This document shows positions 59,015 through 64,000 of a DNA stretch of 64,000 nt, piece after piece. The stretch lies in NCBI GenBank assembly GCA_963707635.1, contig OY970173.1, positions 1,856,001 through 1,920,000 on the forward strand, written 5' to 3'. The notes under the pieces were generated by a model, which did no database searches, was not told the DNA's origin, and saw only the letters and a list, made by a program, of their open reading frames with translations. Position 1 is the stretch's first letter, and the number at the start of each line of letters is the position of its first letter. Made by a program: the position numbers and the translations under genes. Source of the DNA: Candidatus Latescibacterota bacterium. Its GTDB lineage: Bacteria > Krumholzibacteriota > Krumholzibacteriia > WVZY01 > JAKEHA01.

Positions 59015-61070
59015 TCAGCGCTCGCTCACGTCGGGTGAAGGCTCGCGGATCAGCGGGGTGTGGGCGACCGCGCGGTTTCCGCTGTGCAGATCCGTGACCT
59101 CCACCACCAGGCGATAGCCCCCCGGCCGCAGCGCGTCGATGTCCACCGCCACGCTCTCGCTGTCGATGTGCGTGTGCCCCTCGCGGCGGAATGTCTGTGC
59201 CACCGCCGGCTCGCCCTCCACCAACCCCACGGCCTCTGCGGCCCGACGACCCCAGTCCAGCCACGACGAAGACTCGTCGTCGGGCGCGGGATAGATGGCG
59301 ATGCGCACCTCGTACGCGGAGACTCCTGCCGCCACGTCCAGGTTGTACGCTTCGAGGTAGAGGTTTACCGGTTGCCCCGCCGCATAGCGGTGATTGACGC
59401 GCGGGCGCATGCGCGTGCCGCCGCGGTCGATCGTGCTGCGGGCGGAGCCGTCCGGCAGCGGCGCCCCCGGGTCGAAGAGCAGAATATCGCTTAAAGAGAG
59501 ATCGTCGCGGGCGAAACGGGCGGCGTCCGCGTCCTCGCGCGCAACCGCGCGCACCAGGGCGGCCTGGTCCTCGAACGCGAACGCGACGTGGTAGCGACCG
59601 AAGGGGACCGACAGCCGGCACACCCGTTCCAGCACCTGGCGGTCCCCGAGCCGACGCTCGCTCGCGCTCGACGCCCACGACGTGTCTGTCACGCCCCCTT
59701 CGCGGTTCCACGCCGCGTCGAAGTAGGCGCACCGCGTCACCAGATAATCGACGCGGGAGAGGTCCACCGCCGCGCGCAGGCTGTCCGCGTCGACGTGCGC
59801 GGCCACGTAGATCGAGCCCGACATGTCGTCGTCGCGGAACACGATGACGTCCGCGGATGCGGGGAGCGGCACCACGCTCGGCTCCACGGTCGATACCGCC
59901 GGACTGTGGCGCACGAAACTCAGGAGGAAATCGAGCAGGTATGGGATGCGCGGGTTGCCGTTGAGAAACTCGTCCACGAACATGAACTGGTGGAACACGC
60001 CACCCAGCACGTAGGACCAGGTCTCGATCACGCCGTCGAACATGTTGTCGCCCAGCGTATAGTCGGTCGTCAGCGGCCGTCCGAACTTGACGAACACCTC
60101 GCCCCGGTCGGTGTCCCAGCCTCGTTGCCTGCCGGCGGGGTGCGAGAAGCGCACGTCGGCGAGAAACATCCGGCGCGCGTGCTCCAGCGCGAGTTCGTTC
60201 ACCGGGGTGGTCGGGTCGGGATCCGCGCCCAGCCAGTACCCGCGTTCCATGGTCGCGCGGGCGTCGGCGATCGCGCCGTCGTAGCGGTCGCGTTCACCCG
60301 CCGGCAGGACCGGCGCCAGCGTCGCGAAGGCGTCGCGCTCCCCGGGGCCGGCCACCTCGAGGCCGCGGGCAAAGCGCTGCGCGCATTCCGGATAGCGGCC
60401 CGCGTCGAAGTCGAGCAGGCCGCGGAGCATGTACAGTTCGAAGCGGTCCGGGTGCCGCGCGAGCTGCTGGTCGCACTCGGTGCTGGAGGTGTCGCCGAGG
60501 ATGTAGCTCGCGTAGAGGTACATCAGGGCCGCGTCCACGTTGGCCGGGTCGCAATCGACGACCGCGCGCAGTTCTCTCCGCGCCGCCGCCAGGTCGTCCA
60601 GATATTCGTTCAGACCGCTTCCAGTTCAGGTAGTAGTACGAGCCGACCATGAAACGCGCGTCGCAATCCTTCGGATTCCGGGCGAGGACCGCGCGGAAGC
60701 AGGTGAGACCGTCGGGGTAGAAGCCCTGCGCGAAGTACGTGCGTCCCAATTCGAGCAGGACGGTGGGATCATTACCGAAACGGGCGCGCGCGGCTTCGAG
60801 CACGCGCTGGGATCGCAACCGCGCCTCGATGGTCCCGCGTTCGCGCCACAACCGCCCCAGCAGGACATGGGCGCGCGGGTCCGGTTGATCGTCGAGGTGG
60901 GAGTGTTCGAGCAGCCGGATGGCCGAGAGGGTATCGCCCTGCGCCAGGCAGTGCTCGGCGTCGTGGACGGCGCGCGAGTCGTGCGACGAGGCGCACGCGG
61001 CGATCCCGCGGCCGGCGCCGGCGGCCAGCAGCACCGTGACCATCATGGCCGCATGAAACCGTGTCTGCAT
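59015..61070 (-). pseudogene. TPR + GWxTD-domain secreted protein, split by a 1-nt frameshift near 60614
   Basis: Upstream frame: signal peptide and TPRs to ...YYLNWKR; shifted frame: LNEYLDDLAAARRELRAVV... into DPDPTTPVNE...GWDTDRGEVFVKFGRP. Confidence 0.75.
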
Positions 61071-61209
61071 GCCTCGTGGTTCGCCGGGTGGGCGGCTGCC
61101 TCCGCCTCCAAATATACGCGGGTATCGGGCGATCGAGAAGTCCGGATGCAAAACGGCGCGAGAAAGCACATGGCTCTCTCGCGCCGCTCGTGCCGGGGCC
61201 CTGGCCCGT

Positions 61210-61587
61210 CTAGAGATTCAGCGGCAGCCCGATAGGCTCGTCCTTGCCCTGGAAGGCAAGCGTCAGCGCGGCGGACGGTTCCGTCGTCAGCAGCCTGAAC
61301 TCCAGCGAGTGGCCCGATTTCACCGGGTTGTCGCCGGTGCGGAACAGCACGCGGTTGCCGGACGCGACGCCCACCCAACCCTTCGGGGCGCGGATGTCGT
61401 CGAGATTCGCGCCGGACATCCAGACGGCGAATACCTCGTCGCCCGCCGACGAAACGGTCACGGCGAGGATCGAAATGCCGTCCGCTTCACCGAGGACGGC
61501 CTTGGTCGCCGACGGACCTTCCGCGAAAGCGGGGACGGCGACGATCGCCGCAACCATGAGAAGTGAGAGAAAGAAAAACCGCTTCAT
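61210..61587 (-). CDS. Secreted hypothetical protein
   Basis: MKRFFFL...AFA signal peptide; AAGGAG RBS. Confidence 0.7.
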   Translation of the reverse strand: MKRFFFLSLLMVAAIVAVPAFAEGPSATKAVLGEADGISILAVTVSSAGDEVFAVWMSGANLDDIRAPKGWVGVASGNRVLFRTGDNPVKSGHSLEFRLLTTEPSAALTLAFQGKDEPIGLPLNL

Positions 61588-61866
61588 TGTCGATCGAACT
61601 CCTTGCGATGCGATACCTGTGGGTGCAACTACGGTCGATGGATCGATCACGCGACGAGTCACACCCGGATCCACCCGGGGCTGCCCCGGGCGGGTGAGCG
61701 TTCCTCGTAGTTCATTTAGTGGAGTTATTCTACCACGAAACGCCCGGTGGTGTCGAGGTGCGTGGCGTCGGTACGCGATAAAACCGGGTAGGCCTATTTG
61801 CTTGTGGGGGAGCGACCGGGCCGCTATCATCGCGCGTCTCACCTCCCCTACTGGAAAGCGAGCACC

Positions 61867-62751
61867 ATGAACGCGAAGCGACTTGTCCTACTGGCGGTCC
61901 TGACCGCCGTCACCATCCCGATGGCGGCCACGGCGGAGATCGTGCGCCTCAAGGACGCCTCGACCCTCATCGGCCGTCTGGTGAGCGTCGAGGGCGACAG
62001 CCTCAGCTTCCGGTTGAGCATCGGCGCCACGGTTCCGCTCCACCGCGCGCAGGTGCTCTCGATCGTATTCGACGATTCGACGACGGTCCCGGCCCCGGCG
62101 CCCGGGGCGGCGCCCGCCGAAATTGTGCGCCTGCGCGACGCGTCGAGCCTCAACGGCCGCCTGGTGCGGGTCGAAGGCGACAGCCTCACCGTTCACCTCG
62201 GGGTCGGCCCCACCGTCCACCTCCACCGGTCGCAGGTGCTCGCGATCGTGTTCTACGAAACGGCCGCGCCCGTCTCCCCCGCCGTGGCGGCGGCCGAACC
62301 CGGCGCCACCGGGTCCGGCACGATCGAGGTGGCGTTCAAGGACCGTGAGCTATCCAGCAAGATCGCGATCGAGCTGAAGAAGGACTGGGATGGCCACGTG
62401 CGCGCGAATCACATCGTGGTCGAGTTCCTGGTGGACGGGGTGGTGGCCTACTCCTCCGTCGACACCACCATGGACAAGCGGATCTATCACGGACACGAGA
62501 CCGAGCTGAAGAACAGCATCAAGCTCCCCGATTTCACGGTCGCGGCACCGGCGGGGATGCGGCAGTGCAAGCTGATCGTGCGCAACCGAGGCGTCGACGA
62601 GTATCTCGAAGACTTCGACCCGGACCCGCTGAACCTGGTGCTCGCGTTCAACAATCTGGTGGTGCGCGGCGGCGAAATCACCCGCCTGGACGTGGGCCTG
62701 GCGCGGGGCAAGCTGAAGATGGGGAAGCCGCGCCTCTATCGCATCGAGTAG
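61867..62751 (+). CDS. Secreted hypothetical protein with a tandem ~48-aa internal repeat
   Basis: Signal peptide; two copies of AEIVRL.DAS.L.GRLV.VEGDSL...L..G.TV.LHR.QVL.IVF. Confidence 0.75.
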   Translation: MNAKRLVLLAVLTAVTIPMAATAEIVRLKDASTLIGRLVSVEGDSLSFRLSIGATVPLHRAQVLSIVFDDSTTVPAPAPGAAPAEIVRLRDASSLNGRLVRVEGDSLTVHLGVGPTVHLHRSQVLAIVFYETAAPVSPAVAAAEPGATGSGTIEVAFKDRELSSKIAIELKKDWDGHVRANHIVVEFLVDGVVAYSSVDTTMDKRIYHGHETELKNSIKLPDFTVAAPAGMRQCKLIVRNRGVDEYLEDFDPDPLNLVLAFNNLVVRGGEITRLDVGLARGKLKMGKPRLYRIE

Positions 62752-62764
62752 TCGCGACGCGCGG

Positions 62765-63910
62765 TCATTTCGGGATGGTGTCCAGCGCGGAGCGGATGCG
62801 GGCCCGCAGCGCGCCGTCGGAGCCGGCGGCGTCGAGCGCCATTTCGAGGTAGGATCGCGCGAGCTGCGGGTTCTCCAGCTCCGCATACACCTGCCCGAGC
62901 CGGTAGAGCACCTCGGGGTTGTGGGGTGCGTGGACCAGCGCGCTCTTGAGCGCCGCCTCCGCTTCGAGGAGGTCGCCGCCGGCTTCGAGGGCGGCGCCGA
63001 GACCCAGGTAGGCTTCGGCGTAGTCGGCGCGCCGCAGCACCGCGTCGCGGTAGAGGGCGACCGCCTCCGGGTAGCGGCCGCGCGCGGCGAACGCGTCCCC
63101 CAGACACTTGCTCGCGCGCGCGTCGCGCGGCGCCAGCACCAGCGCGCTCTCCAGGATGCGCTGTGCCGAGTCGTAGTTCCCCAGCCGCACCTGACTGTCG
63201 CCGATGCCGACCATGGCCTGCACGTTGGTCGAATCCGACACGTACACCTTCTGAAACTCCGGCAGCGCGTCCGCGGGCATGTTGCGGGCGAGATAGGATT
63301 CGCCCAGCCCGATGCGACCGTACACCGAGGCGGGGTCGACTCGCAGGCCGCGCACGAAGTAGTGCGTGCCCTCCACCGGGCGGCCGGTGCGGATATAGAC
63401 CCAGCCCAGATAGAACTGCGCCATCGCGTGGTCCGGCTTGAGCGAGATAGCCTCGAGCAGCTGGTCGGCGGCCGCCTGGTATTGCCCGGTCTGCATCAGC
63501 ATCTCGCCGTAGCCCGTGTGCGCCTCGACCAGCCCGGGGTCCAGGCGCAGCGCGGTTTCGTACTCGGTGCGCGCCGGCTGCGTGCGTCCCAGCGCCTTGT
63601 AGGCCTCGGCCAGATTCACGTGGATGGTGACGTCGTTGGGGAGCATTTCCTGCGCCCGCTGAAACTCTGTGAGCGCGCGCTCGGGCTGGCCGGTCCCCAG
63701 CAGCGCCACCCCGAGGTTGACGTGCGCATCCGGGTCGGAAGCGCGCTTCGCCACCGAGCTCTCGAAGTGCTCCAGCGCCGCGGCGGTGTCGCCGCGCTCG
63801 AGTGCATCCACGCCGAGGTTGTAGTCGTCGAGCGCCGAATCGGGGCACCCCAGCGTCATCGCCAGCAAGGCGAAGGCGAGCAACGTCGAGTAGGGAAAGA
63901 AACGGTGCAT
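62765..63910 (-). CDS. Tetratricopeptide-repeat lipoprotein
   Basis: TLGC lipobox; about ten ~34-aa TPR units (NLG.AL...G...A...F..A). Confidence 0.9.
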   Translation of the reverse strand: MHRFFPYSTLLAFALLAMTLGCPDSALDDYNLGVDALERGDTAAALEHFESSVAKRASDPDAHVNLGVALLGTGQPERALTEFQRAQEMLPNDVTIHVNLAEAYKALGRTQPARTEYETALRLDPGLVEAHTGYGEMLMQTGQYQAAADQLLEAISLKPDHAMAQFYLGWVYIRTGRPVEGTHYFVRGLRVDPASVYGRIGLGESYLARNMPADALPEFQKVYVSDSTNVQAMVGIGDSQVRLGNYDSAQRILESALVLAPRDARASKCLGDAFAARGRYPEAVALYRDAVLRRADYAEAYLGLGAALEAGGDLLEAEAALKSALVHAPHNPEVLYRLGQVYAELENPQLARSYLEMALDAAGSDGALRARIRSALDTIPK

Positions 63911-64000
63911 GGTGTGCGGCGGACGCGTGCGGGACGCGAGCGCGGATGATAGCGAACCCGGTCCGCGCGTGTCAAAAGGAGAGCGTGAAAAATGTCAGCG

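Overview
High-GC bacterial chromosome segment, densely coding, with about 61 genes. I found no rRNA, tRNA, CRISPR array, transposase, integrase or phage genes. Two secreted proteins with FlgD-Ig/T9SS-like C-terminal tails, a GWxTD protein and many lipoproteins point to an FCB-group or related uncultured lineage such as Krumholzibacteriota, Latescibacterota or Eisenbacteria (inference only). Layout: 1-23 kb, mostly co-oriented exported peptidases, hydrolases and small membrane proteins; 23-27 kb, a methyltransferase/GNAT/sulfotransferase cassette, then typA, mtgA and a heparinase II/III-like protein; 33-40 kb, the most notable locus; 40-57 kb, dispersed central-metabolism genes (sucA, ETF-QO, orphan nuoI, glcD-like, mdh) and a cupredoxin plus two NHL lipoproteins; 57-64 kb, envelope genes. 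At 33-40 kb the apparent stop of a radical SAM gene is most likely a selenocysteine UGA: it reads ...WFC-UGA-AEPT... and a perfect SECIS-like hairpin follows 12 nt downstream. This gene is co-oriented with an Nfu-type Fe-S carrier and an ATP-grasp ligase, and divergent from a permuted LeuD-LeuC fusion and an aldo-keto reductase. Other signals: a promoter-terminator-bounded ~70-nt sRNA candidate, a ~160-bp folded intergenic element, an Fe-S/GAF fusion and two single-base frameshifts. All functional calls come from motif recognition by eye; no database search was run.
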